Source of the DNA: Callorhinchus milii
Taxonomy: Eukaryota
DNA: 64,000 nt
NCBI RefSeq assembly: GCF_018977255.1
Contig: NW_024704742.1
Span: 54,314,001 to 54,378,000 of the forward strand
Reading direction: 5' to 3'
Numbering within the stretch: position 1 is the first letter of the stretch; each line of letters begins with the position of its first letter. Position numbers and translations under genes: made by a program. Positions 10,425 to 22,249 of the stretch are shown here, one piece after another. Below the pieces are notes generated by a model, which made no database searches, had not been told where the DNA came from, and saw only the letters and a list, made by a program, of their open reading frames with translations.

Positions 10425-11888
10425 AAGCTCAATCAACCTTTCCAAGCCTCACCCATCCTCTCCTCAAACTCCAACTGTGAGGAGATGCTGGATTTCCTCG
10501 AAACCAAAATCGAGGGGATACGTTCAGCCACCTCTGCCCCATCCACCGCCCCTCCCACATCACCTCTCCCTCATGACTCACCACCCACTCATCCCCCCCA
10601 TACTCCTTCGACCCCATCTCTCCCTCCTCCCTCTCCGCGATTGTTCGCAAATTCAAACCCACCACCTGCTCCCTCGATCCCATCCCCACCTCTCTCCTCA
10701 TCTCCCAGCTCCACCTTCTGGCCCCTCTCCTGTCCAACATCATCAACCTCTCCTCGTCAACCAGTTCAGTTCCAACCCCCCTAAATAAAGCTGACATCAC
10801 CCCCGTCCTGAAAAAACCTTCCCTGGACTCATCCCTACTCTCCAGCTATCGCCCCATCTCTAAACTCCCATTCCTCTCGAAGGTCCTGGAACGAGTCGTC
10901 GCGTCCCAGCTCCGCTCCTTTTTCTTTCGTCATTCCCTCTTTGAACCCCTCCAATCTGGCTTCCGCGCTGCCCACAGCATGGAAACAGCCCTGGTCAAAG
11001 TCACTAATGACATTCGGAACATCTATGATCAGGGTTCCCTCTGCTTCCTTATCCTCCCCGACCTCTCTGCCGCCTTTGACACTGTTGACCACTCCATCCT
11101 CATACACCACCTCTCCGCTTTATTCAATCTTCGTGGACCCGCCCTTGCCTGGTTCGATTCCTATCTCTCTCACCATCTCCACTTCCTTGCCTCTAACAGT
11201 TTCTCCTCTAGCCCCGGCACTGTCACATCTGGCGTCCCCCAGGGCTCTGTCCTTGGCCCTCTCCTCTTTAATATCTACATCTTTGGTGACATCATCCACA
11301 GCCATTGGGTCAACTTACATATGTATGCGGATGACACCCAACTCTATCTTTCTGCCTTCGTCCTCAACCCCAGGACCACTGCTCTCCTGACAGACTGCCT
11401 GTCGAACATCAAGTCTTGGATGAGGGCAAACTTGCCCCATTCTTGCCCGACTCCATTGGCTCCCTATCCTTCAGAGGATCCAGTTCAAAATCCTGGACCT
11501 CACCTACAAAGCCCTGAATGGTCTCGCCCCACCCTATCTCTGTGACCTCCTAACCCCCTACCAACCCACCCGCTCCCTCCTCTCAGCCGGCTCCGGTCTG
11601 CTCCACGTCCCCTGACCCACCCGCCCCACCATTGGCGGGAGAGCCTTCAGCCACTCTGCCCCCAACCTCTGGAATTCCATCCCCCAGTCACTCCACCTCG
11701 CCCCCTCCTTAGCCTCCTTCAAGTCCCGCCTCAAAACCCTCCTCTATAATCATGCCATCAGCCACCCCCCTTCCCCTCCCTTCTCCCTCCCTGACCTCAG
11801 CTCGGGTCTGAAATGCTGTACACTGTCCAGCGCCTTGGGACGTCCTCCTGACGTGAAATGCTCTATACAAATGTAATCTTGTTGTTGT
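10425..11888 (+). mobile_element. L2 LINE, 5'-truncated, frameshifted, with an internal deletion near 11432
   Basis: ORF pieces contain the RT motifs [21 protein letters not shown] and MYADDTQLY; (TTG)n tail. Confidence 0.92.
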
Positions 11889-12555
11889 AACGTAAATTAG
11901 TGTTCAGCATTTGCAGAAAGATTTGGTGATAGTATTTGTGTGTGGCTGTGTTGTGCAGGCATTTAGGCAGTGCAGTCTCAGTCTATAACAGAGCATACAA
12001 CATTAATCTGCAGCAGGTCTCCGTCCATAAATCAACCTAATCATTGGGTCAGATGGGTTGCAGAAATAGAAAGGTGGCACAATAAGCAGCATAACCTGCA
12101 CAGTGCTCAAATCAAAAACAACTCAGCAATTTAAAAACTCCTTGTATGCAACTAGGCTTCAATTCAATTTTGTTTCCAGGAACTGATTATTGAACAAAAT
12201 ACATACAATTGATTTAAAGTGAAAAACAAGGAAAGAATGCATCTAGTATTCTCTCCAACGGTTGAAGACGTTAGAAGATTGCAGCAATTGAGCTGAGGAA
12301 TAATAAATGCTCACCACATTAAATGTGTTCCTATTACGTAGAAAACAGAGAAACTAGTGTAGGCCATGTTGTAGGGAAATTGCTTTCTTACAAAAGATAT
12401 ATTGCATAAACAATCTTCTGAGGTAAATGAAGGGCTCAGATCTCCTGATTTGAGCCAGACAAGGTACTAAACAGAAATTAAATAAAGGATAAAAGATTCT
12501 TCTTAACACAAATCCTTGCAGGTGAAAAAAACTAGAAAATTGGGGATGAGTTGCT

Positions 12556-12624
12556 GTCATTTTTTGTGGTCAGCTGGCAACAACCCCAATTGGGGTTGTT
12601 GGCCAGCTGACCACAAAATATGAC
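12556..12624. repeat. 69-bp near-perfect palindrome
   Basis: GTCATTTTTTGTGGTCAGCTGGCAACAACCCCAA|TTGGGGTTGTTGGCCAGCTGACCACAAAATATGAC. Confidence 0.9.
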
Positions 12625-13498
12625 GATTATTTAAATTTGAAAGAGTGTTCCATATATGCATGTCATCTACACTTGAAAATTTGCTGTGTCTGGAATAAAA
12701 TATGTGCACTTTGTTCTAAGAGGGATGCACTCTGCTTACTTTATACCCGGGATTATTAAAGGGCCAAGGCTTGTGGACACCAAGGTTTATAATTACTGGG
12801 GTACAGCTGGAGTATAATCAGCTAAATCTGTAAAGCTTGTAAATGATTAGATATGTAAGAGAAATAATACAACTTACAAAATATAGAATGTAAAACGTAA
12901 AATGTTTCTGATAAGAACCAAGAGAACAGGAAGTAAGACAACCCCAAATGTAATGGTCAGTGCCGGCTGGACTATGGGATAAATACCATACTATCACCAT
13001 TCCACTCAGCACAACATTTACAACAAGTGCATCAAGTATAAACCAAAACCATAATATGTTAGTTGATGTGATTATTTATATAGGTTATGCTGTACAGGCT
13101 GGGTATAATTGACTCAGATGTGCAATGACCTTGGGTCATCTGAGCACTGATCAGATGTGTTGGACTAAAGTAAAATAATATTGAAAGAGAAAAATTATTT
13201 GTAGAAGACGGTTACTGCCTTAGGGTGCCCACATTGTGTTTGGGATGTTTAAATATATGTTAAATAATCATTACATTTGATATAACTTCTTTCATATCAT
13301 GAGGACATCTTAAAATGTTCACAGGATACATTGTAAAGTGTCGTCACTGTGTAACTTGTAGGTAACTTTTTTGGGGACACATCAATATTACTCCATATTT
13401 GCTGGCAGGATCACTCAAGCTTTCCTTGAGATGGAGGATTTTAAAACGGTAAGGTATTCAATCTAACAGCTCAATCAAGAGTCTGGAACTTCAGTCAA

Positions 13499-13950
13499 AA
13501 ATAATAATTATCCTTATATTTGATATAGCTCATTTCGTTGGGAGGATCTCTTAAATTGCTTCACAGGATATATTGTAAAGTGTAGTGACTCTCTATTTTG
13601 TAGGCAAATGTGATAGCCAATTTGCACACAGCAATGTCCCACAAATAATCATGTAGTGGAGGACCAATTCAATTAGGGTTGTTGGCCAGGACACAGGAAG
13701 AAACTTCCTTCTCTGTTCAAATAGTATCACAGGATCATGCCATAAATAGTGTCATTAATCTACATATGAGGAGGCAGACAGGACCTTGGTTAAACATCTC
13801 GTGCAAAGGATGGCATCTTTGACAAACCAGTGGTCCCCTGTCACAGCACTGATATGTCAGCAGCCCAGATGATATGAATTCTAAGTCCCAATGACTTGGA
13901 AGGTTGTGGCTTGTACTCTCAGATGTGAGAGTGCCACCAACTGAGCTAGG
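13499..13950 (-). mobile_element. DeuSINE, near full length
   Basis: Tail rc at 13500, GCAATGTCCCACAAA, GTTGGCCAGGACAC, and head rc GAGAGTGCCACCAACTGAGC. Confidence 0.78.
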
Positions 13951-14551
13951 CTGATACACGAAGGCAAAGATGACCTGACTGTCACCTGACACACAACTTG
14001 GAACCTCAGTCCTCTGAACGTGCATAACATTTTCTATTATTTTCCATTGCTAGACCTAATGTGTCGTACTGTAAAAGCGAAATTTAAATAAGAAAAAGAT
14101 GAAAGGAAAACAAGTGAACGTTTCAGTAATTGGTTCTTGCAATTGAGGGAAGACACAGAGAGTGTTGCATTCACATTCAGAGAGCATCGGTTCATATTTC
14201 TGTGTGGGCTGACATTTGACCTTGGTTACCATGTGCTTAATGAGACATGGAGCAAACAAACACAGATTGGCAAGTTGAGAATGCAAAGCAGATAATTGTA
14301 GCTCAGAGATAAACAATAAAAAAATGAAAACGTTCAAAATACGTACCTGTAGAAATAATCATGTAAATGCTGAGTTTCAGGTTCAATTTTCCATTTTACT
14401 TTAAAATTGTAAAATTATACCAAAAGTCGGCAAATTTTATTCAATAATAAAGCTGTACAAAATGCCCAGAATATCCCAATTAGAGCTAAAGAGAAAATAG
14501 TTCTGTTAATATTAAAATATTGATAAAACAGGAAAAAAGATGGCAAAGCAT

Positions 14552-14945
14552 ATAATAATAGTCCTTACATCTGATATGACACCTTATCACATCATTGAGA
14601 AGTGTAGTAACTGTTTATTTGTAGGCGAACACAGCAGCCAATTTGTGAACAGTAACATCAGTAATAAACAGTCACGTTTGGTCAAGAGAGTCTTTCTTCT
14701 GTTTTTGAATAGAGGCGCGGGATCTTGATTTAATATTTCCTCCAAAGGAATGCACCTCTGACAATGCAGCACTCCCCCAACCCTGAAATGGAGTGTCATC
14801 TTAGACTATGACTCGAAAGTACAGTGAAACTCACCCTGGGATAAGTAGACAAAAGCTGTAACAACACAGCAAGGTATAACCTAGACGTGAGACGCAAATG
14901 CACAATCTTCTGATCAAGAAGTGGCAATGCTACCAACTCAGCTAA
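14552..14945 (-). mobile_element. DeuSINE, degenerate
   Basis: Tail rc, CTGACAATGCAGCACTCCC, and head rc TGCTACCAACTCAGC. Confidence 0.65.
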
Positions 14946-16027
14946 ACTAACATAGTTTAAGAGATCCATGAATCATTCTACTGTTTTCTTGAAATTGAGT
15001 TGGGAGTAACCACATTCATGGAAACAAAGATAAAAAGGATGATATCAAGTCAGTGAAAGGGTAATAAATGTTTGTGCTGCACCGCATGAGACATGGGGAA
15101 TGTGGAAGGATGTGCCACCAACAATAAAGGGCAAGGATGGGCCAGCGCACAATAACAGCGCAAGGCCAGGTCATACCATTTCAACAACAGGACAATCTGG
15201 TCAGGTGCAATGCTTTTAAAAGGAGGCGACTACAACATGACAGATGTGTAGAGCAGACACTGAAGAGAGTAAATACCATTTGGGGAAATGCTCTAGTAGC
15301 GTTGGAGAGGTCTAATGCACAGATCAGTGTAGAATTAGCAACAGGCAGGGATGCTGTTCAAAAGCAGTGATCTGTTACTGCCACCTCCATAACAGATGTT
15401 ATTAACACTGTGTCAGTATCACTGAAGACTGCTGCCATAGCATCTTAAGCACTTACAGGATTTGACCCTGTGAAGGCAATCCAGGATGTCAGTATAGGAC
15501 TTGGAAATAAAATATAACCTAAGCTCAAACCTTCGTCCTGAATAACACTTGTGAACAATTAAACGGTGGTCCATGATAGGAAAAGGATGAACGATGACCA
15601 AACATTGGAAATGTGCTGTCAAGCCTGTTATAAATTGGTACCTTGCAGCTCCCAAGAGCACTGGTTTACTCAATGGACCTGTACTTGAATTAAGTAAGAA
15701 CAATGTTCCTCTCAAGAAAAGCCCTTAACTTATGTCCTTAGTTTTACTGCATGAAATGGCCCAGAAATTTGTTCAGCTGCACCATTGCTACCCCAGATAT
15801 ATGTGATGTGTTATCACTGTGTTGCTACTGCCTATCATCTTCAGCTTGATATATGCATCTTATGAACAAAGCTGCCACAACCATGCTATTCAATGGTGAG
15901 GTTAGCATGTTAACTTTTGTCAGTTTGGCTCAGTTGGTGGCAGTCATGTATCCTACACAAAAAATGGACTCAAATCCACATTGGGACTTAATTCATACCA
16001 TTGCGGTTCTCTAAGGGACTACTTTGT

Positions 16028-16331
16028 CAGGCTGGCTCATTTGGTAGCACTCTTGCCTCTAAGTCAGAAGATTATTGTTTCAAGCCCCACATCAGGAATC
16101 CGAACTCACATAGTCTGAGTTGACACTCCAGTGCAGTGCTAGGGAGTGTTCAATGATTGAAGGTTCTGTCCTTCAGATGAGATGTTAACCTGAAGTCCCT
16201 GTTCAAATGAACGTCAAAGATACCATGGCACTAAGAGAAGGGCGTTTCTCCCAATCTCCTGACCAATAAACCCCCAAAATATAAATTAGTCATTCATTTC
16301 ATGGCTGTTTGTGGGACATTGTTGTGTACCA
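16028..16331 (+). mobile_element. DeuSINE 5' part (3' remainder at 18249-18345), split by an L2 insertion
   Basis: tRNA-like head GGCTCATTTGGTAGCACTC and Deu domain; the SINE resumes after the L2 with GGCTGCCATG...CCTGTGAAGTGC. Confidence 0.85.
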
Positions 16332-17977
16332 AGGGAATCCGCTCCGCGGTCACTTCCCCTCCAACTTCCACCCACCACCCACCCCTTCCCTCCCACACTC
16401 CGACTCCTACCCATCCTCCCCTACACACCTTCGTACCCGTTTCCCCACCCTCTGTCACTGAACTCATCCTATCCCTAAAACCAACCACCTGCTCCCTTGA
16501 CCCCATCCCCACTCCACTCCTTATCTCCCAGCTCCACTTTCTTGCCCCACATATCACTGACATCATCAACCTGTCCCTCTCCTCTGGCTCTGTCCCCATT
16601 CCATTAAAAACTGCCATCATCACGCCCACCCTGAAAAAACCCTCCCTTGATGCGTCGCAGCTATCAAGCTACCGGCCCATCTCCAACCTCCCCTTTCTCT
16701 CCAAGGTCTTGGAAAGAGTTGTCGCCTCCCAACTGCGCTCTTTCCTTTCCACCCATTCTCTTTTCGAACCCCTTCAGTCAGGTTTCCGTGCTGCCCATAG
16801 CACAGAAACTGCCCTGGTCAAGGTCACCAATGATATCCTGACCATCTGTGACCAGGGCTCCCTCTGTCTCCTCGTCCTCCTCGACCTATCGGCAGCATTC
16901 GATACGGTCGACCACGCTATCCTACTCCACCGCTTGTCCTCCCACCTCAACCTTCAAGGCACTGTCCTTGAATGGTTTAGGTCGTACCTTTCTCACCGTC
17001 TTCACTTTGTCTCGACGAATGGCTTCTCCTCCACCCCCCGTACTGTCTCATGTGGTGTCCCTCAGGGCTCTGTCCTCGGTCCCCTCCTCTTCACCCTCTA
17101 TATGCTCCCCCTTGGTGACATCATCCGCAGACATGGAGTTAACTTCCACATGTATGCGGATGACACCCAACTCTACCTTTCCTCCTCTACTCTCAACTCC
17201 ACGACCACCGATGTCCTGACAGCCTGCCTGTCCGACATCGAGTCCTGGACGAGAGACAACTTTCTTCAGCTCAACGTGCGAAAAACCGAGGCCCTCCTGA
17301 TTGGCTCACGTCAGCGCCTCCGCACCTCAGGCGCTGACACCATCAGCATCCAAGGCTGCACTCTCCACCTCTCAAAGCCAGTCAGGAACCTCGGCGTTTT
17401 GTTCGACCCTGAGCTGTCCTTTCTCCCTCACATCCGCACCACAACTGGCACCGCCTTCCATCACCTCCGGAACATCGCCAGACTACGGCACTACCTCACC
17501 CCTCACGCTGCTGAAACCCTGGTTCACGCCTTTGTCACCTCAAGGCTGGACTATGGGAACTCTCTCCTCGCCGGCCTTCCCGCCACCTCCCTCCACAAGC
17601 TGCAGGTCATTCAGAACTCTGCAGCTCGTGTACTGTCCCGCACCAGGCTTCGGGACCACATCACTCCCACCCTCGCTCGCCTCCACTGGCTCCCCATCCC
17701 CCAGAGGATTGATTTCAAGATCCTCATCCTCACCTACAAGGCCATTCACGGCCTTGCTCCCTCCTACCTCTCCAACCTACTATCCCCCTACCTACCTGCC
17801 CGTACCCTCCGTTCCTCTGGCTCCGGTCTGCTCCACGTCCCCCGCCCCAACCGCCCTACCATCGGTGGTCGGGCCTTCAGCCTCTCAGCCCCCAGGCTCT
17901 GGAACTCCATCCCCCAGTGCCTTCGCCGCTTCCTCCCTTTCCTCCTTCAAGGCCGGTCTCAAAACCTTTCTCTTTGA
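16301..17977 (+). pseudogene. L2 ORF2 reverse-transcriptase portion (558-aa ORF, no endonuclease; frameshift near 17927)
   Basis: [55 protein letters not shown]; the L2 C-terminus [10 protein letters not shown] lies in another frame; the ATG and first ~10 codons come from the flanking SINE. Confidence 0.88.
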
Positions 17978-18241
17978 CCGAGCCTTCAGCTCCCCTCTCG
18001 ACTCTCTTCCCCTCCTCGCTCCCTCCCTTCCCTCCCCTCACCCTGACCATTTCCCCCTCCTCGCTCCCTCCCTTCCCTCCCCTCACCCTGACCATTTCCC
18101 CTCCTCGCTCCCTCCCTTCCCTCCCCTCACCCTGACCATTTCCCCCCTGCTCGGGTCATGACCCAACTGTGCAGCGCCTTGGGACGTCCTCCTGACGTGA
18201 AAGGCGCTTTATAAATGGAATCTTGTTGTTGTTGTTGTTGT
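16332..18241 (+). mobile_element. Young L2 LINE, 5'-truncated (RT to 3' UTR)
   Basis: Stop-free RT region, 3' stem-loop, (TTG)n tail, and TGTACCA target-site duplication at 16325-16331 and 18242-18248. Confidence 0.95.
18007..18147 (+). repeat. 44-45-bp C-rich tandem repeat, three units, in the L2 3' end
   Basis: Unit TTCCCC(C)TCCTCGCTCCCTCCCTTCCCTCCCCTCACCCTGACCAT. Confidence 0.92.
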
Positions 18242-18429
18242 TGTACCATTTGGGTGGCTGCCATGCCCCTTTTTCGTACAAATACACAGACACTGCACAT
18301 TACAGTACATCCTGTGAAGTGCGTGAAAGGATTATCATAATTGTAATAATAATTATTATCATTATTTGTGTCAGAGATAATCCTAGAGAAGTGATATTAA
18401 ACCAAGTTTCCGTCTGCTTATTCATATAA

Positions 18430-18530
18430 CAATAATAACCCTTGCATTTGATATAGCACCTTATCACATCTTCAAGACATCTCAAAGTGCTTCACATAAT
18501 ATATTGTAAAGTGAACTGACTATTTTTTGG
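18430..18530 (-). mobile_element. SINE 3' tail fragment
   Basis: AATAATAACCCTTGCATTTGATATAGCACC...TGTAAAGTGAACTGACT. Confidence 0.7.
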
Positions 18531-18619
18531 ACAAAATGCAGTGGATGTTAAAGATCCCATGGCTCTATTTGAGAAGGGAGTTTCTCCCGCAATCCAAGTC
18601 AACAATTCTCTTGACGAAT

Positions 18620-18736
18620 ACTCACTCACTCACTCACTCTCACTCACTCACTCACTCACTCACTCACGCACTCACTCACTCACTCACTCACTCGATAGTT
18701 TGCGCGCTTGTTTGTTTGTTCGTTCGTTCATTCGTT
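18620..18736. repeat. (ACTC)n microsatellite followed by (GTTT/GTTC)n
   Basis: Direct inspection. Confidence 0.92.
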
Positions 18737-19699
18737 CACCAAAGATAGAATGTAATATTTAAATATTGACAGTTTTTAGTCAAAGCAATTGTGAGTTAGT
18801 TGGCAAGAGAGTAAATACACCATTCTCTTCATTATTTAGAAAGGAACTCAATTTTGTTTATTCTTGAGTTGTCCCTGCAATATATCTTTTGTCTTCCTTG
18901 TTCCTTTGGTTGTTGCTGTCTTGTTTTGATGTGGAATAAAAGTCTACTCCAGACTTTGGAAGAAACAGTTGAAAACTAATTGTCTACCATGTCTCAATCA
19001 ATGATGGATTTGTTTCATTACTAGTCATTATAGGAATTAGAAATGTTTACAGCTCATCCATGTTTACAGCTCATCATCCATCCCATTAAATACATGATAC
19101 TGTGCTATAATACCGCATCACTAGATAACAGCAAATATACATTCCCTTGTAAAGTACTACATTGGCTAGTTGCCAGTGTGATACTTTGATTGTTGTCATG
19201 GGTTATTAGTAGTTTTCTTAATGCATTTGCTGTCTCAGGTACTACATGTTGTTCAGCACGGTGGGAGTTATATCTATGCTAGGAAGCATTTTTGTTGGCA
19301 TTCCCTCAACCTACAATAATTGTTATCACTTTATACGATTTTATGGCCAATGATCTGTAAGACGTTACTGGTAAAGATGGTCACATCATTCCATTTTTGC
19401 ATCAGATTGATTTTGTAAGTGCTTAACATTTACTGTGAAGTGGAAGAGAGCATCTAAAAGTAGGCAGACTGCAGAACATTTGGATGAAAAGTTGCAAGGC
19501 AATGATGTAATGTTTCAGTCCCACAATACTGTATTTCTCTCAGATTCCCTGAGCTGAACCCTTTGCATATTTTAGTTCATCTCCTTGGTAGTATTCCTGA
19601 TACCGTGCCTTTTTCATTTTATTTTAATTGGATTGCTTCCCATTTTGATTCATGATGCCACCTAATCAAACAATATGAAAGAATGTAAGCAATTGTAGG

Positions 19700-20080
19700 A
19701 GAACATAGTCACACTAATAGATTGGGCAGATAAATGTCAGATGAAATATAATGCAAAACACATGCTGAATGTTAATATTTTAAAAGGAATAGAAGAACTG
19801 AGAAACTAGGGGTTAACATACATTATAATAATTCTTACATTTGATGTAGCACTTCTATATCAGAAGAATGTCTCAAACATATATTGTAAATTGTAATGAC
19901 TATGTTTTTGTGAACGTATTTTTTAAAGGTGGGAAGATAGGTGGTTAAAATTGTGAAGAAAACTAAGAGGACCTGGGTTTTATACATAGGAGCATAGAAT
20001 ATAACACCAAAGTGGTGATATTCATAAATCATTTCTAGACTACAGTTAAGAGTATTGTATACAGTTTTCACCACACCCCA
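19700..20080 (+). mobile_element. CR1 LINE fragment, degenerate
   Basis: GATTGGGCAGATAAATGTCAGATGAAATATAATG and GAGTATTGTATACAGTTTT resemble the CR1 WA..WQM.FN and LEYCVQFW regions. Confidence 0.65.
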
Positions 20081-20309
20081 TATCTGCAGGTGCATGCACA
20101 TGAGAAAGAAGCCGGGGAAAAAGCCATTTGTTACTCCGCAAGCTACTGGGTGAAGATGGAGGAGAAACCATTGGAGGAAATGATGACGTGATGTATCAGG
20201 TAGGATTGGAACCAGGAGTGAGAGGTTGCAAACAGTATAAGCGAATCACTATTAGTGGCAATTACAATAGGAAGATATAGGAATATCAATGGATCTTCAT
20301 TGAATGACA

Positions 20310-20655
20310 TGGCATGATATAGCTTATCAGAGTTTTCTGTAAAGTGTAGTATATTTGTAGATTAACCTTCGCACATGTTTGTTGGACATTGATGTGCTAC
20401 CAATTATGCACATTAATGTCCAACAAACCATGAATTAAATGATCATATATATATCTGTGGGATTGTTGCCCAGGACATTGGGATCTTAATATCCACCTGA
20501 ATAGACAGATTGGGACCGCTGTTAAACATTTCATCTGAACAACACAAAGCCCTCACTCAGCACTGCAGTGAAGTATTAGTGAGATCAAAGTCTCAATATG
20601 GGGCTTGAACCACAGCTTTCTGATCTTGAGGTGAGAGTGCTGCCAACTGAGCCAG
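20310..20655 (-). mobile_element. DeuSINE, degenerate
   Basis: GGGATCTTAATATCCACCTGAA and head rc GAGGTGAGAGTGCTGCCAACTGAGCC. Confidence 0.7.
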
Positions 20656-21068
20656 AGATTCTCAGAGAGATTGATTCCCGAGCATTGAGAGGACTGATTG
20701 CTTGATGACTATTCCATATGGTCAAACTTTGGATAGATTGGTCACCTCATGCTTGTTTCTAGAACCTCACCGAGCACACAATGCCTGAGGTGTTTGCATA
20801 TAAAAACAGTCACTACATTTGACGGTAATTACTGAAAAGTGGTTTGAGATGTTTCAGTGCAATAGGATACCATAAAAGGCAAGTCTATTGTTGACGTGTT
20901 CCTGTTGCTAGACAATTGAAATTCCAGTCACTTTTGTGTAATGAATATTTACTAATAATGGGTTATACCTCTCCAACAGTTATTTATTTCAATTTTTGTA
21001 TGTCCGAAAAATGCATATTTTATTCTCTCTATCATGGATGCAGATCAAAATATTCCATGGTATCCACC

Positions 21069-21340
21069 TTTTTATTTGGTCTGACACATGTGGAAACCCA
21101 TTACCATGAGTATCCAAACCAAACTGAGAATTCCATGCATCCCACCTACACATGGAAATTCCAGAGATAGATTGTTGGAATGGGATGTGCACTCTGTCCC
21201 TGGAGGGATGAATTCTGCTTACCAAATTCTGGAAAGTATTAGGTGCAGGTTGGCAAGAACCAAGGCTTGGGGATCCCAGAGTGTCCATTGGAGTACTGCT
21301 GGAGTCTGACCAGCTAAAACTGCATAGCTTGCGATTGATA
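21069..21340 (-). mobile_element. Unnamed ~300-bp interspersed repeat, copy 2
   Basis: CTGACACATGTGGAAACCC...GAGTATCCAAACC...CATCCCACCTACACATGGAAAT...GGGATCCCAGAGTGT is shared with copy 1. Confidence 0.78.
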
Positions 21341-22249
21341 TATAACCTTGATATTGCTCACAATACATAATTACTACACTAAAGCCCATGAAGTGCTTTG
21401 AGACATCCTCCTGAAGTGAAATGCAAGGAATTTCAAAATCACAATGAAACAAGTTTTTCAGTGTTTGGTCTGTGGCCCCATTTCTTACTCTTTACCAACA
21501 TTTGGTCAACAAGTAATTTCAATGCCAATCAACGGGTTCTGTTGCCTCATTTCTGTTTGGTAAAATTGAATGTTAGAATAATTTTAGCTGACCTCCAACT
21601 GGACGGCTTTACTCACCACTGGTAAGATAAAATCTACTGAAACTGATAATTGGAGGTGCGTCAGTATCAAATGGATACAAATCTTTTTAACTTAGCTTTA
21701 AATCTGACAATCCAAGCAGAGTTTCACGTAATCGTTCAAAGTTTTACAAGTGGATTATTTTTTTGAAAGAATAATTATATCAAGATACATGTCAAAAGCA
21801 GAACCAAGTTCAAAACCTATATATGGAAACAGCTTTCAAATTTGTAGTAGAAATGATTTATCACAGTCATTAGTCACTGTGAAAACCATCCCAAATATGT
21901 TTAATTATATGCTCTCTGATCTAGTTTTTCATTTGCAAATGCATATCAATTGAACATCTGCCCTTAAATCTCAATATAATATAAGGAAAATGAAAGTAAA
22001 ATGTACATGTAATTATTTGATAAACATCATAATTATCTGTTGGTCTAGTACAAAAGAAATCAGTTAAAAAGGTCTCTCAAACAGTGCTGTCAAAAAGCTC
22101 TCAGTCAAGCCAGACATTTAGTATGTTCCTTGTTCCGACAATGAGATGTTTAATACACTGCAGTACAGTGTGAGTAATCATTAAAATAAATAATGTAATT
22201 TCACTTCAGCGTTAATGATAGTCTGCAACTCGCAGCTGTTGATAAGTTC

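Noticed and set aside
17301..18161. 286-aa Pro/Ser/Thr-rich ORF
   Set aside because: Shadow frame of the C-rich L2 ORF2; only its end carries the true L2 C-terminus, after the frameshift
19043..19076. 17-bp tandem duplication ATGTTTACAGCTCATC
   Set aside because: Ordinary local duplication with no further structure
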